Source: Asterias rubens
Lineage: Eukaryota
Length of the DNA stretch: 64,000 bases
Assembly (NCBI RefSeq): GCF_902459465.1
Contig: NC_047081.1
Location: 1,240,001-1,304,000, forward strand
Direction of reading: 5' to 3'
Under the pieces are notes generated by a model. That model ran no database searches. It saw only the letters and a program-made list of their open reading frames with translations, and was not told the DNA's origin. Positions 52,601 through 62,350 of the stretch are shown piece after piece. The position numbers and the translations under genes were made by a program. Each line of letters begins with the position of its first letter. The first letter of the stretch is position 1.

Positions 52601-52823
52601 AATCCCCTGGTCTGAGCTCCACAACCCCCTTCAAATAACTAACATGAATCTAAGTATGTTTTTGTTAATAGACCCTCCCCTTATCAAGATAATTTACCGT
52701 TAAAGGTTTCTCATCTTGTAGAAAATACTTTTTGGTATACAAATCATGAAATTAATTTACCTTTCGGATGCTTGCCACATCAAAGTCAAAATCCTCCTCA
52801 GCAACAAGGGGTGAGGTACTCAT
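180..52823 (-). CDS. Ank: Canonical ankyrin gene (ANK1/2/3, unc-44 family), spliced CDS, 5' part: N-terminus plus ankyrin repeats 1-23; continues beyond position 1
   Basis: 18 exons with GT-AG ends, all phase 0, joining into ~811 codons without a stop. Diagnostic motifs [16 protein letters not shown], GxTPLHxAA repeats and LAVALQQGH match the ankyrin membrane-binding domain. Confidence 0.97.
674..973. mobile_element. MITE, family X copy 1
   Basis: Imperfect TIRs (aatgcgccgtattttt.../...aaaaatatggcccatt); similar copy at 37002-37299. Confidence 0.75.
1095..1292 (-). CDS. Ank: Ank exon, repeats 21-22 ([14 protein letters not shown]...AGIQEKTK)
   Basis: 198 nt; acceptor atgcag, donor GTATGC. 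Confidence 0.96.
1690..1887 (-). CDS. Ank: Ank exon, repeats 19-20 ([14 protein letters not shown]...KPDIAAK)
   Basis: 198 nt; acceptor atgcag, donor GTACAA. Confidence 0.96.
2348..2446 (-). CDS. Ank: Ank exon, repeat 18 ([33 protein letters not shown])
   Basis: 99 nt; acceptor ttacag, donor GTACGT. Confidence 0.96.
2837..2935 (-). CDS. Ank: Ank exon, repeat 17 ([33 protein letters not shown])
   Basis: 99 nt; acceptor ctacag, donor GTAAGT; not shown in the ORF track. Confidence 0.95.
3474..3770 (-). CDS. Ank: Ank exon, repeats 14-16 ([14 protein letters not shown]...SLSMQTK)
   Basis: 297 nt; acceptor ctctag, donor GTACGA. Confidence 0.96.
4136..4234 (-). CDS. Ank: Ank exon, repeat 13 ([33 protein letters not shown])
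   Basis: 99 nt; acceptor ctttag, donor GTAAGC. Confidence 0.95.
4629..4727 (-). CDS. Ank: Ank exon, repeat 12 ([33 protein letters not shown])
   Basis: 99 nt; acceptor cttcag, donor GTACGT. Confidence 0.96.
5178..5375 (-). CDS. Ank: Ank exon, repeats 10-11 ([14 protein letters not shown]...NPSARAL)
   Basis: 198 nt; acceptor ttacag, donor GTGAGT. Confidence 0.96.
5525..5623 (-). CDS. Ank: Ank exon, repeat 9 ([33 protein letters not shown])
   Basis: 99 nt; acceptor ttgtag, donor GTACAC. Confidence 0.95.
5821..6295 (+). mobile_element. 5'-truncated L2/CR1-group LINE 3' end
   Basis: ORF tail [20 protein letters not shown]...[14 protein letters not shown]...FKSLLKTYL is typical of the C-terminus of L2-clade ORF2; ends in a (TTA)n tail. 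Confidence 0.88.
6451..6648 (-). CDS. Ank: Ank exon, repeats 7-8 ([14 protein letters not shown]...RIDAKTR)
   Basis: 198 nt; acceptor ccacag, donor GTAAGT. Confidence 0.96.
7068..7076 (-). CDS. Ank: Candidate 9-nt alternative microexon (PLW) between repeats 6 and 7
   Basis: Minus strand tttattttctcAG|CCCCTTTGG|GTGAGG; in frame, 49-nt AG-free zone upstream. Confidence 0.5.
7321..7506 (-). CDS. Ank: Ank exon, repeats 5-6 ([14 protein letters not shown]...NPDITSK)
   Basis: 186 nt; acceptor ttgtag, donor GTAAGC. Confidence 0.96.
11127..11140. promoter_or_regulatory. RFX X-box motif GTTACCATGGCAAC
   Basis: Fits X-box consensus GTNRCC-N2-RGYAAC exactly. Confidence 0.45.
12281..12385 (-). CDS. 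Ank: Candidate alternative exon encoding a duplicate of ankyrin repeat 5 ([35 protein letters not shown])
   Basis: 105 nt, phase 0-0, acceptor cccatAG, donor GAG|GTACGT; 13 of first 22 residues identical to repeat 5; GC-rich codons in an AT-rich intron. Confidence 0.78.
13415..13513 (-). CDS. Ank: Ank exon, repeat 4 ([33 protein letters not shown])
   Basis: 99 nt; acceptor ccgcag, donor GTAAGA. Confidence 0.96.
13696..13919. mobile_element. MITE with ATAGACCGTATTGAATA-type TIRs
   Basis: Inverted termini; internal direct repeat ccatcttgtagg. Confidence 0.65.
15451..15513. promoter_or_regulatory. Cluster of three CCAAT boxes
   Basis: ATTGG at 15451 and 15481, CCAAT at 15509. Confidence 0.35.
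15527..15562 (-). CDS. Ank: Candidate 36-nt cassette exon ([12 protein letters not shown]) between repeats 3 and 4
   Basis: Acceptor ttttgacactcttAG, donor CAG|GTAAGC, in frame, no stop. Confidence 0.33.
16552..16650 (-). CDS. Ank: Ank exon, repeat 3 ([33 protein letters not shown])
   Basis: 99 nt; acceptor tttcag, donor GTAACT. Confidence 0.96.
16765..16880 (+). mobile_element. tRNA-derived SINE, family A
   Basis: Degenerate A/B-box head (catggcacgagtggtt...ctgatcagcagagtgtggg); related copies at 5694, 28399, 33737, 48821. Confidence 0.65.
17543..17621 (-). other. Candidate frame-breaking (poison) exon between repeats 2 and 3
   Basis: Branch-like CTCAC + tract ccttttttctctttccgAG, donor GG|GTGAGT; 79 nt (68 nt if next CAG is used), both give premature stops. 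Confidence 0.38.
17912..18062 (-). mobile_element. tRNA-derived SINE, family B (GGGCTAGATAGCT... head)
   Basis: tRNA-like A/B boxes, not a clean cloverleaf; related partial copies at ~1364-1437, ~12945-13030, ~60421-60486. Confidence 0.6.
18209..18307 (-). CDS. Ank: Ank exon, repeat 2 ([33 protein letters not shown])
   Basis: 99 nt; acceptor ttttag, donor GTAAAA. Confidence 0.96.
18467..18661 (+). mobile_element. ~195-bp MITE with AATAGACC/GGTCTATT termini
   Basis: Short TIRs; near-complete inverted copy at 49664-49858. Confidence 0.8.
21220..21390 (-). CDS. Ank: Candidate alternative first coding exon (57 aa, [12 protein letters not shown]...[20 protein letters not shown])
   Basis: aaaaATGG start context; GC-rich third positions that end abruptly at a phase-0 GAG|GTGGAT donor (weak); joins repeat 2 in frame. 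Confidence 0.55.
21935..21948. promoter_or_regulatory. RFX X-box motif GTTGCCGTGGCAAC
   Basis: Fits X-box consensus; ~545 nt upstream of the ATG at 21390 on the minus strand. Confidence 0.45.
23109..23175 (-). promoter_or_regulatory. Putative internal promoter (Inr-like TCAGT plus CCAAT ~60 nt upstream)
   Basis: Minus-strand TCAGT at 23113-23109, CCAAT at 23175-23171, (CA)n at 23327-23349. Confidence 0.3.
23327..23349. repeat. (CA)n microsatellite
   Basis: Direct observation. Confidence 0.95.
28399..28473 (-). mobile_element. tRNA-derived SINE, family A head
   Basis: Reverse complement of GTCATGGCC...GGTTCGAGT. Confidence 0.65.
28613..28717 (-). CDS. Ank: Ank exon, repeat 1 ([35 protein letters not shown])
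   Basis: 105 nt; acceptor tttctgcag, donor GTAAGT. Confidence 0.96.
29118..29495. mobile_element. TTAA-flanked MITE (Kolobok-like AGG...CCT termini)
   Basis: 24-bp TIR AGGCAGTGGACACTATTGGTAATT, TTAA on both sides. Confidence 0.88.
29773..29946. mobile_element. Small MITE with CGTTTACACT/AGTGTAAACG-type termini
   Basis: Short inverted termini only. Confidence 0.5.
30170..30268 (-). CDS. Ank: Ank N-terminal linker exon ([33 protein letters not shown])
   Basis: 99 nt, phase 0-0; acceptor tttctacag, donor GTAAGT; P/E/K-rich. Confidence 0.8.
32624..32992. mobile_element. TTAA-flanked MITE, same family as 29118
   Basis: Same TIR and internal sequence, TTAA flanks. Confidence 0.88.
33737..33826 (-). 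mobile_element. tRNA-derived SINE, family A head
   Basis: Reverse complement of GTGTCATGGCC...GGGTTCGGATCCC. Confidence 0.65.
35080..35250. repeat. Diverged ~95-bp tandem duplication
   Basis: acattcacacaaatcaaaggccaa...tcagagaaa occurs twice. Confidence 0.7.
35898..36259. mobile_element. TTAA-flanked MITE, related subfamily (AGGGAAGGTATAC terminus)
   Basis: TIR-like ends, TTAA flanks, internal similarity to 29118 and 32624. Confidence 0.82.
37002..37299. mobile_element. MITE, family X copy 2
   Basis: Same internal sequence and termini as 674-973. Confidence 0.75.
37672..37860. repeat. Degenerate ~21-bp minisatellite (gccccttcctctaaccgg-like)
   Basis: Repeated units visible; gives the APSSNR repeats of ORF 37551-37808. 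Confidence 0.7.
42575..43047. mobile_element. Degraded TTAA-flanked MITE
   Basis: AGG.../...CCCT termini with TTAA; internal similarity to 46797 and 62351 copies. Confidence 0.55.
45018..45382. mobile_element. TTAA-flanked MITE (AGCCATTGGAC termini)
   Basis: TIR AGCCATTGGAC.../...GTCCAATGGCT, TTAA flanks. Confidence 0.8.
46797..47160. mobile_element. Degraded TTAA-flanked MITE
   Basis: Left end TTAA-AGGGAAGGTATG; shares the cagattgtgtattcctagta block with 49461. Confidence 0.5.
48821..48911 (-). mobile_element. tRNA-derived SINE, family A head
   Basis: Reverse complement of GTGTCATGGCC...GGGTTCGAATCCC. Confidence 0.65.
49461..49532. repeat. 32-bp tandem duplication
   Basis: cagattgtgtattcctagtaggggttattctt x2 plus partial third unit. 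Confidence 0.9.
49664..49858 (-). mobile_element. Inverted copy of the 18467-18661 MITE
   Basis: Reverse-complement match along its length. Confidence 0.8.
50051..50380. mobile_element. Foldback-like element with ~29-bp TIRs and internal sub-repeats
   Basis: CGTCGTGTGCCCGGCAAAAGG.../...CCTTTTGCCGGGCACACGACG; AAGT on both flanks; 40-bp perfect palindrome at 50060-50099. Confidence 0.8.
51007..51075. repeat. 23-bp tandem repeat x3
   Basis: caaaacatttaagatgaaaaaaa x3. Confidence 0.9.
52761..52823 (-). CDS. Ank: Ank first coding exon, coding part ([21 protein letters not shown])
   Basis: ATG in agaATGA context, 21 codons, donor AAG|GTAAAT in phase 0; ends in basic residues just before the SDxNAS exon, as in other ankyrins. 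Confidence 0.72.
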
Positions 52824-53149
52824 TCTGTCGCCTCAATCAATCAACTAAATCCAACAATTCAACAGTCCACTAATATATCCAAGCTCAACACCTTAGCCGG
52901 TTAATAACATCCACAACACAGTACATCCACAGATGACGAGACAAAATGAACCAAGGAGTCAACAGCTTGAATTCCAGTCACCATCCCATCGTTAAACTCC
53001 CGGTAATATGGTGATCAACATCCCATCATCCCACGGAGGAAGGAAACATCCACAACAGTTAACTTGAATCCACTAGAATCCAGACTATCCACATGTATCC
53101 ACGACAAACAGCAATTTACCAACCCCGTCTGGGTTTACATACACATCCA

Positions 53150-53400
53150 ACGAAGGTTGAGGAAGAGTAGAAAAATGATGGCCGACAATTGTTGATGAGC
53201 GTTCAAGCTCACGCATCAGACACGTGCACATGAGCTTGAGTGCGGGAGAGGAAAGAGAGGCAGAAGCTTTTACATGCAGTAGGCATCAATGCAGCCACTC
53301 CCACCGCATTAAACACACACACACTAGCAAGTACTCACAGAGTTAGTCGTACATGTGTGTATGTATAATTACTTGTACCCATAGTGTTTTATGCGCCTCG
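53150..53400 (-). promoter_or_regulatory. Putative promoter region of the distal first exon
   Basis: Non-repetitive, GC-richer segment upstream of the first exon; E-box CACGTG flanked by an inverted CAAGCTCA/TGAGCTTG pair; short CA repeat. TSS not determinable. Confidence 0.3.
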
Positions 53401-56400
53401 CTTTTTTTTTCTATTCACAAAACCCCAGACTGTGTTGGCCTACATGAGGGCTCACATGTGAGTGAAGCCCAACATTGTCGAACTTTGACAAGAACCAATT
53501 GTTGGCACAATACAAGAGGCCACCAAATGTTAACCATCATGTCAACATTCTTACTGGGTGAGGTTTTTGGTTGTTTTAGGGTGTTTTTTTTTTTTAGCAC
53601 TCTGCTCAAGCATGACCCCCCCCCCCCTTATGCACGCATGCTTCATACATATTCATGAGATGTTGATAATGTGGCATCTCATTAAATGTCAAGAATAAGT
53701 GGAACGAACAGGCCTGTTACCAGAATGCAATAAACATAACATGCTGGTACATACATGTTTTGTAGTCCCCGACGAAACAGACAAAATGCAGACAATATTC
53801 CTTAAAAAAAAATTCAAAACACATTCAAGAAAATAAACAAGGACTGTAAAAAACTCATTTTTAAAGTAATGCCATTATTCTTCCTTGTGAATGCTAGGTT
53901 TTCCTTAACTGTGGTCTGAAATAACTTCTTTTAAAGGGTATTTTTTTATTTTATTTATTTTTTTTTTTTTGCACAAAATATCGAACCTTGACTAGGTCAG
54001 AGATAAGACCTTCAATAAAGTAATGGCACATTAAATTCTGCACTCATAATAAGAAACAATACGCACAAATATAAATGGATGATCCGATTTTCGTATCAAC
54101 AACGATATGATAGTCAGTACAGCTATTACATAAAACCATCATTTATCCATGCACTGAAGATTTACCAAGCCATACCCCTAAATAGGCAAATTTATGCAAA
54201 AATTATGATTACTACCATATCCACTAACCAGGCAAATTTAAGCATGAATTATGCTAGTTAGATGCATAATGTTAACTCAACGATTATTCTTGCATGAAGC
54301 ACAAATTTTATAGGGGTTTTCTGGATGACCTATTTGATGCAATGATAAGCAAAACCCAATGCTTGCCATACACTACAAACACATCACAGACACAAGATCA
54401 ATATTTACTCTAGCCTAATCCCAACCATCTGAAACTGAATTTCATTCATTTCCCTGTGGCATATTTGTTAATAGAGCCACAAAACACATTGCTCTTTGAC
54501 CGATGGGGGGCTTTGGTACGTGCCCAAACTTATCGGCCTCATTTCCTAGAAATTATGTCTGGGTTTATGATCACCCCCAAACATAAATAAGGCTTTTCAA
54601 ACAGATTTATATAGCTTTATGAAAACAAGTTTTTGGCACATGCATATGAGATGTAACAACTGAACAATTTTTTAGATGTGCCCTCTTTTTTTCTTATCAA
54701 AAAGTGATAACAATGTGACAGTGCCATCTACATAAAATATCAGATTGAATGTGTTCTCAAATTTTGGCTGTGTACAAATTATACGGCAGGCTCTGTGGCT
54801 CTGTAAAACGAGTGATGTCATAGGTCACATGGTCTGTTCTCCATTTGGAAAAGACAATAGACTCAAAGGTGTTTAATACAATGACCAGATTAACATTCCT
54901 ATTGGAGTCTCTTTGATGAAAATAAGTACAATTATTGATTAAATCATAAATGAATGAATTCTTCCAACAATGCAAAAATCCAGGGACTGATTTTACAGAG
55001 CTGCTTAGCAGAGATATTGCTTAACAAACTGCTGATAACCAAGATTTGAAAAAAACTACCTATTATTGTTGTTTTTATGTTTTTGTTGTTGTTCTGTGTG
55101 ATTTGTGCAGTTTTTGTTTTTTGGGTTTTTATTTGCTTATAAAAAAGTATACCAAAATGATTTTTTTAAACATTGATACCTATAAGACTTAATTCTTGCT
55201 CATTTTTTTAATAATTTTATATATTGGAGGGGGAAATGAATATTTTGGAAGATCAAAGTTTTGATTAGTGAACTGAAGAAACTAATCTGCCACACCCAGC
55301 ACAGTTGAGCAGCTGTTCTGAATGTCACATGCATCTTCCTTCATCTGCTTCTGCTTTGACAGGTCGTGTGACATTCTCCTTTTATAACGAGATTCCACGA
55401 AAGTATGACACTAGCAGAGTCAATCTCATGTAGATTTATTCGGCCAATTGCAAGCAATACATCAAATACAGACAAGTTACAGAAGGGATTTAAAGCCAGG
55501 GTATACTTATGATAATTGTCAAAGACCAATATCCTTACTTTGTGTACCCCAAAATTAGCATAACTTTGAAAAAAATTGGCTCAAAACAATTGTCCATCAA
55601 GCTGATATGGCAAAACTTTTTTTTGACATCCTAACGATCTAATTAGATTATTCAGTTGTATATTTTCCTAAACGCTGCTTTGGAGTGTCTTACAGAACAG
55701 AAAGAAACAAAATTAATTTTAAATTCTACATTACTTGCATTATGGACTGGTTGAATTATTTTCTTAATCAATTCAGGATTGGAACATAGAAATGGCTGGC
55801 AATTTCAAAAATTTGCATCAGAGATTTCTATTCATTGGAAATAATTACTTGCTCAAACTGTCCCCTGAGGAATGTAATTTTGTTCGTTGGCAGGGAGTGT
55901 TGACTCGGCATAATGTGCAGTAAAACAAACAACTCTGAGCTGAGTGGGATCATGGCCCAATGTTAATGGATACTGGTTTGAGTTTGTTGTCGTGGTCCTT
56001 GACTTTTTCTAATAACTTTCTAAATGAAACTACATATCTTATAACTGCAAAGCAGAAAATACTGTTTGAAAAATTCCTTTGCTAAGCAAAGTTTTGAGTG
56101 GGGTACCAGTCACAACAGTAGGCTATACAAACTTAATGTATCTTTGGCTGGTATTATCTGTTTTTGTTAAGCAATACTTTTCTGTGCTAAGCAAGTGTGC
56201 GCTGACAGGTTTTCTAAAATTGGGTCAAGGCAGACAAAATAATCCATAATATGAACACACAGTCACAATCTAAAAAAAAAAAAACTATTTTCAGTGTCAG
56301 TAGCACTTCTCAGATTCATTTTTTTTTTTTTTTTTTTTTGGGGGGGGGGGGGAACTTGTATTTTTCCATAACAACATTACTTAAAAGATTCTCAAAGTGC

Positions 56401-58277
56401 TTTATACTATCGAAAGCTACTGCACATCTTACCAAGTAAGTTTTTCTTGGCAATAATTTTAAGAGTGATTACCAAACGTTGAAGCCCATTTGTGTCCTGA
56501 CTTATGGCCTTATCTCAAGTCTGTCAGATGAGTCTTCAATCCTGATGGATTCCCCAGGATGAAATTGATTCCCATTTGTATAATCACACATCAGTAATTT
56601 GACAGTTATTGACTGATGGAGGAGACTAACATTACAAGTAGGGTCATTGACTGAATGGACAGAGCTCAAAAGATGAACTTTATACATATTTTATGAACTT
56701 TTTAAGAAACATGTTGAAGTTTGGGCTCAATCGATCATCTAAGTTGAAATAAAATAATGAAAGAAAAAAAAAAACACCCCTGTTGCATAGAACTGTGCGT
56801 TTTTGGATGCTCAGACTGAAGCATTCCTCAGATTCAAATTTCAGGGTAAAAAATTATACCTCTTTCTCATAAGCTGCATTACTTCACTTTGGTGTTGTTT
56901 CTAACAATGTTTTATAACATTGAGCCCTCCAGTGCTTTTTGCAAAGTAAGTTTTCAGGGTCACTCATTTTGAGAATTTGTCCAAGTTTCCGGCTTCCGTA
57001 AGTGCCGATTCTTTGCTTCTGGCAAGCAGCGCCATGAAATTGGCCCGAGGCCAGCATGATAAAACACAGTAGCCAGTCTATCTCTGTATGAATGTAGACT
57101 ACACGATCAATTCCAATATCATAAGCAAAGTACATACAGGAGTAAAGACTACATAAACCAAGCAAATGAATCAATATAGTGATCTTCCAAAGTCCGCTCT
57201 GACCAGGGGTAAACAAACACCACACGCTATTTACTGTCTTCTCAAACTAATGACGAGTAATAAATAATTTGCAGCACTATCCCCCCCCCCCATTCATCAT
57301 ATCCAGACATTCAATTTCCATACCAATTATTTTTTTTCCCTGTTTGTTGTAATTATTGTCATAAAAAGTGGGCCCAACCCTGCAAAGAGCAATTTCATGA
57401 AGCTGCTTACAAAGGCAAAGTATACCTTTAGTTTTTGGAACGGTTTAATTGTTTAAATCCTGTCCTATATAAATGTAGATGTTTACAGTAAAACTAACCT
57501 GTGAAAACTTCATTTCAAAACTGATTATGGGGATTTTAAACTTTGTAATCAAAATACATGTATGATATTACATTTTTATTCAGTTTAGTAGGAATTATTG
57601 ACAAGCAAATTTAACGCATGATGACATTACTGTACAAATATCCTGATATCTTTAACATTTACAACAAGTCCTCATAAATTGACATCCAATCACATCCAAT
57701 TGAAAATATTGATTTAGGAGTCAATTTGAATCCAAACAATTTAATAGTAAACAAATTAACAGTCGGAAAAATACTAAATTCATCTTCAAATGCACTTCAA
57801 GAAATTATGCGAAATTCTTCCCCATAAAACTGAAATTATGGGAAAGAAAACATTAAAACTAATCCATTTACTACTCTTTCTTCTGGTTGCCGAGCAACCG
57901 GGCATCTCATTATAATATTCACTGCCGACCCTCTCGCACAGTAGCATTGTACATGCCTTGAAATGTACAAAATAATACGTGACACCCACTCCCTGTATGT
58001 ACTGTACATATACAAGTCTAGACTACGCTACACATTTAATATTACAGTGGTGAATTGTGAGGCACAGTTGGGTGAATTTTTAACTTTGGGAGCGCCACAG
58101 TTCTTCATCTGTAAGACACATCGTAAGAGATTCCATATGATAGAGTGGCCGATAGTGTTGGAATGATCGTGACAAGTTGACATTTTGTTTCTTTCGGAGG
58201 AAAAAGGCCGGAAATTGCACCCACGGTTTAGTCTTAGATGCTTTGATCTCTACAACTACTTAAACATGTAGATAGAT

Positions 58278-58493
58278 TATTAACAAATATTGCTTGCTGA
58301 GGCAATAATAAAAAGTGCATCTACAAAACGAAAATTGTAAAATATTATCATGGCAGTGTTGAACAATCCAGAATTTGAAAAATGTAAACGAGTAACTAAA
58401 GAAAAGCCAATGTAATTGTAATAAACTTGTTTTTAATTAATTAATTTGATTATTAACAAATATTGCTTGCTGAGGCAATAATCAAAAGTGCAT
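58278..58493. repeat. ~43-bp direct repeat, ~173 bp apart
   Basis: tattaacaaatattgcttgctgaggcaataat(a/c)aaaagtgcat twice. Confidence 0.8.
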
Positions 58494-61400
58494 ACGACTA
58501 AAAACTCAAGCCCAACAGCCCAAAACATGAAAAATGAATAACTATGAAAAGTCCATGTTAAATAGTTTTTAATTAATTAATTGTTTCATTGATGTCAGAA
58601 AAGCATGCTAGTGAACTTAATTTTTGCAATATCTTTTGCCGATGTAACTGTTTTACTACATGTATCTTGCTTTGTATGACAACAAAAAACATTGAGAATA
58701 TCTGCTTTCATCTCAACAGTATTGAGATATTTGGATCAAGTTTTTTCTTTCCAGAAAGTAGATGCTTTGATTACCAAAGTAATGTCTTCAATTTAGTGTC
58801 CTCAGTGCTATACAAGTACATAAAACTTTACAAAGACTTATATAATTTTGGAGAAAAATACAGCATTCTTGTTTTCCAGGCAGACTTTTAAAAAAAGTCT
58901 CGACTCATATAGTCTGAAATTTCTCATTCCTGACATTTAACATTAAAAACAAACTGTATCATCCATCTAAATTCATTCAGAGAAAATAATTATCTCCAAA
59001 ATGTATCAACATCAAAATTATTTTTTGTTAAAAATCAGGTCATTTCCCCAAATAAATTTCGATCTATAATTATTATTTTTCAGAGTACAGTATCACGGCC
59101 GTTTAAAGGCAAGAAAATATGAACACGGAGTCCGGGCCCCTATTTTTCCCTCGCATATAATTAACCACACGGTAGGATCTGCAAATGTCACAGCTTGTGC
59201 AATGAGCAAACATTCACTCTGCATGCGAACCAATACGGCATTGGAAAACTACACGTACAACTCGTACACCTCATAGTGTACAACTCAACGTATTGGACGC
59301 ACACACCCACCTCATTGAATATTCCCAACCTGACTTTTGGTTCTCATTAGCATGGATGTGACCTAACAAGAGAGGGCAGCAGACAACATTTCTAACTCAC
59401 CAGGGAGTGTCTTTATTTTTAGAATCTCTGCATGTGTGGAAGTAGTATTGGATATAAGAGTGAAAGGTTATCGGTGAAATATCGGCTACATATTTGAGTT
59501 ACATTTCCAACAGCTGCTAAATGGCTAAACATACTTAAAACAAGTTTGATTGGTTCATCCATATATATGAATCAAGTTTGTGGTAATTTTACTCAGTTGT
59601 CTAATAGTGTTCTTAAAATACTCCCCCAAAAATATTGTAATTTTTACATTTTGTTTACGCATCATCAATTTTTGGTCTCGCAAGGTTAAAACCAATCAAA
59701 TGGTTCCTAAAACCAAACAAATACCTTCCCTATATAGAAGATACATCTAGCAGTCCACATGTACCAAACATAGTTATTCGAATGCAATTCAGAATGATTT
59801 CCTACCCAGGGTATGAATAATGAAAGAATGAAAAAAAATATGAAAAAAACAAAGTCAGAAAACTCCATCACAGCAACAAACCCCTAAGGAAAGACATCTC
59901 GCATCCGCTTTGGCAATCACCAACTGTCATTCTTGTTGAAAAGAAGTTCTTGACTGCTCGGAAAAGTAGTTGGCAGTCGAGAACAAAAAGCCCTTCAGTT
60001 CCAATGGGAATATTATTCTCTCGTAGAAACTAGTATCAGCTAAACTAGAGGAATTACTGAAAAGGGCATGCTACCGGACTTTTTTGATTTATAACTATCT
60101 TTTTTTTTGAGGCATCTCTATTTTCTATACCATCCGCCCTGGTACTAGTTAAAAAGCAGGACAGTTCATTTCAGAACTGAGAAGTCTCCCGTACCTCTGA
60201 TTATCTACTCCGCAGCAGTAGAATAAAGCAAGACAGTTCCCTAAGAACAACTCTACCTGGCAAGTAGATACACACATGGTGTTACCGCAAACCAAATATA
60301 CATATCTTTCAAATATACATATTTTTTTTTTGCTGTAAATTTCCTGAATTTTGTTTTCATTCTCCTTCTTTTGATTGTGGGTTTCAACAAAGAAGGGAAA
60401 AAAAAGGGGGGGATAATTTTAGATTAGAGTGAGATTTGAACCAACTACCTCCAGATTAACGTGCCCGTTCTCTACCAACTGAGCTAGGTGTTGTTGTGGT
60501 TTAATATTTGATATCCTGTTTTTACAATGTTTTTGTTTCTCTTTGTCTTCTTGGAAGTGTTTTTATTTATTTAATTATTGTCGGTTGATTTGTTTTTATC
60601 AATTTATCAACTTACAATTTTCAAAAAACATTTATTTGTTTTTCAGAAAACTAGGTGTAAATTTCTTTTCTTTTAATTATAATAATAAAAACCATGAGTT
60701 GAAAAAAAAAAAATTAGGCAACTTAATCTTAACCATGTACATCAATTTTAAAGTGAGGCTGGCAGGAAAAATAGTCTGGTTATGTTTTCTAAATGCTGTT
60801 CACTATCATTCATTATAGACAGGAAACCAAGGTTTCCAGACATATCATTCCAAATAGTGGAATGTTAAGTAGACACTTGAAGTAAGTGCCGCTCTTCAAA
60901 AACCTTAAGAAAAAACATTCAAGACCCGAGAAAAACATTCAACTGTTAGTAACATCTCAATTATGTTTAAAGATGCACCTTTTGCAATTTCACTGAAAGG
61001 GTTAGTAGTGCCATCCAAGTCAAAATCTGGCCTTTGACCTTTGTGGCTAAAAATAAAATAAAACCACAACCATAACTTAACAATATTTAGCAAGCATATG
61101 GCGAGTAATTAGGCCTGTGTAACAAAAGTAAACAACTCATATCACGCACCCTCCCGAATGAGATTGAAGCACAAACAAATGGTTTGATACATCAATGATC
61201 CCCCCCCCTCTTTCACCCCACTCCCCCCACTATTTCTTAGCCACTTTTTCCCCACTCCCAAAATTGAAGTTTCTGGTTAAGGCAGTAGAAGGACACAATG
61301 ACACAAAACCTTGGTTTTTTTTAAACAGAATGTCCAAAAGAAACCCAGACACCCCTCTGGCTAACACTATGAAGTACATCACGACACTAACCCGTGTGAA

Positions 61401-61918
61401 TCTAGACTACTAACCCCAAACACAAGCGTTCAATCCACGGAGCCTCATCATCATAAACAAATCAGATCATATTTATTTCATAACAGAACAATTACAATCC
61501 CCTCTCAAATAACCTTGCCTTAGCGCCTCGCCATACGCCAAGAAGATCAGGGTCGTATTTCAGTCGGCATTATCCAACAAGGGACGTGGGGAGTTTTGGA
61601 AGCAACACCGACGCCTATATAGCCTGGGACTTATTGTCATTTGCTATGCAGCACTAGCATGGCATAATAATGAATGAATAGTTGAGGTATGAATGACCTA
61701 TATGCATAATTTATTTGTGATTACAGCATGTCTAAGGAATTGCTTTGCATTGACACAGTAGAGGGAGCATTTTCCAAGAAATAATGCAGGTTTTTTCCTT
61801 CTTGTTTTGACATATTTTATTTATTTATCTTTGTTCTCTTGATGTGGAGTTATATTACTCCATTTATTCAACATTCATCAGCAAAGGCATACATCAAATA
61901 AACACACTATCAAAATAC

Positions 61919-62160
61919 TTTTATTTTATTTTATTTATTTATTTATTTATTAATTTATTACACATTCAACAACACCCACAATAACAAGATGAACAGGAAG
62001 CATGAAGAAATTCAATTTTAGATGTGGATGGAAACCCTCAACAATCAGATATGGACTGGAAACCTTCTCCACATACAAGGGTCCGGTCTCAGGTTGGATT
62101 AAAACTGGGGTCCATAGAGGTGAAAGGCAGGGAAAGAAACCACTGAGCCAACCTGACCCA
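61919..62160 (-). mobile_element. Probable SINE with (AAAT)n tail
   Basis: (ATTT)n run on plus at ~61919-61950 adjoining a GC-richer body with a degenerate tRNA-like end. Confidence 0.4.
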
Positions 62161-62350
62161 ACAAATTGGCTTTTTTGGGGATGCCAATTAGCGTCTTGAA
62201 TCGAGAGTAGACTCATGAAATGCACTTGACATAATGGCACTTAACATCTTGAGAATAAGACTCCTTTAAACTTGCACTTCAAATGAGTGACCTTCATGGT
62301 ACATAAAATATTCACATTATTGCTGGAATTACCATGCATTCTCCCCTTAA

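Noticed and set aside
1364-60486. tRNA-like sequences as true tRNA genes
   Set aside because: Stems are broken and they run into shared SINE bodies; treated as SINE heads.
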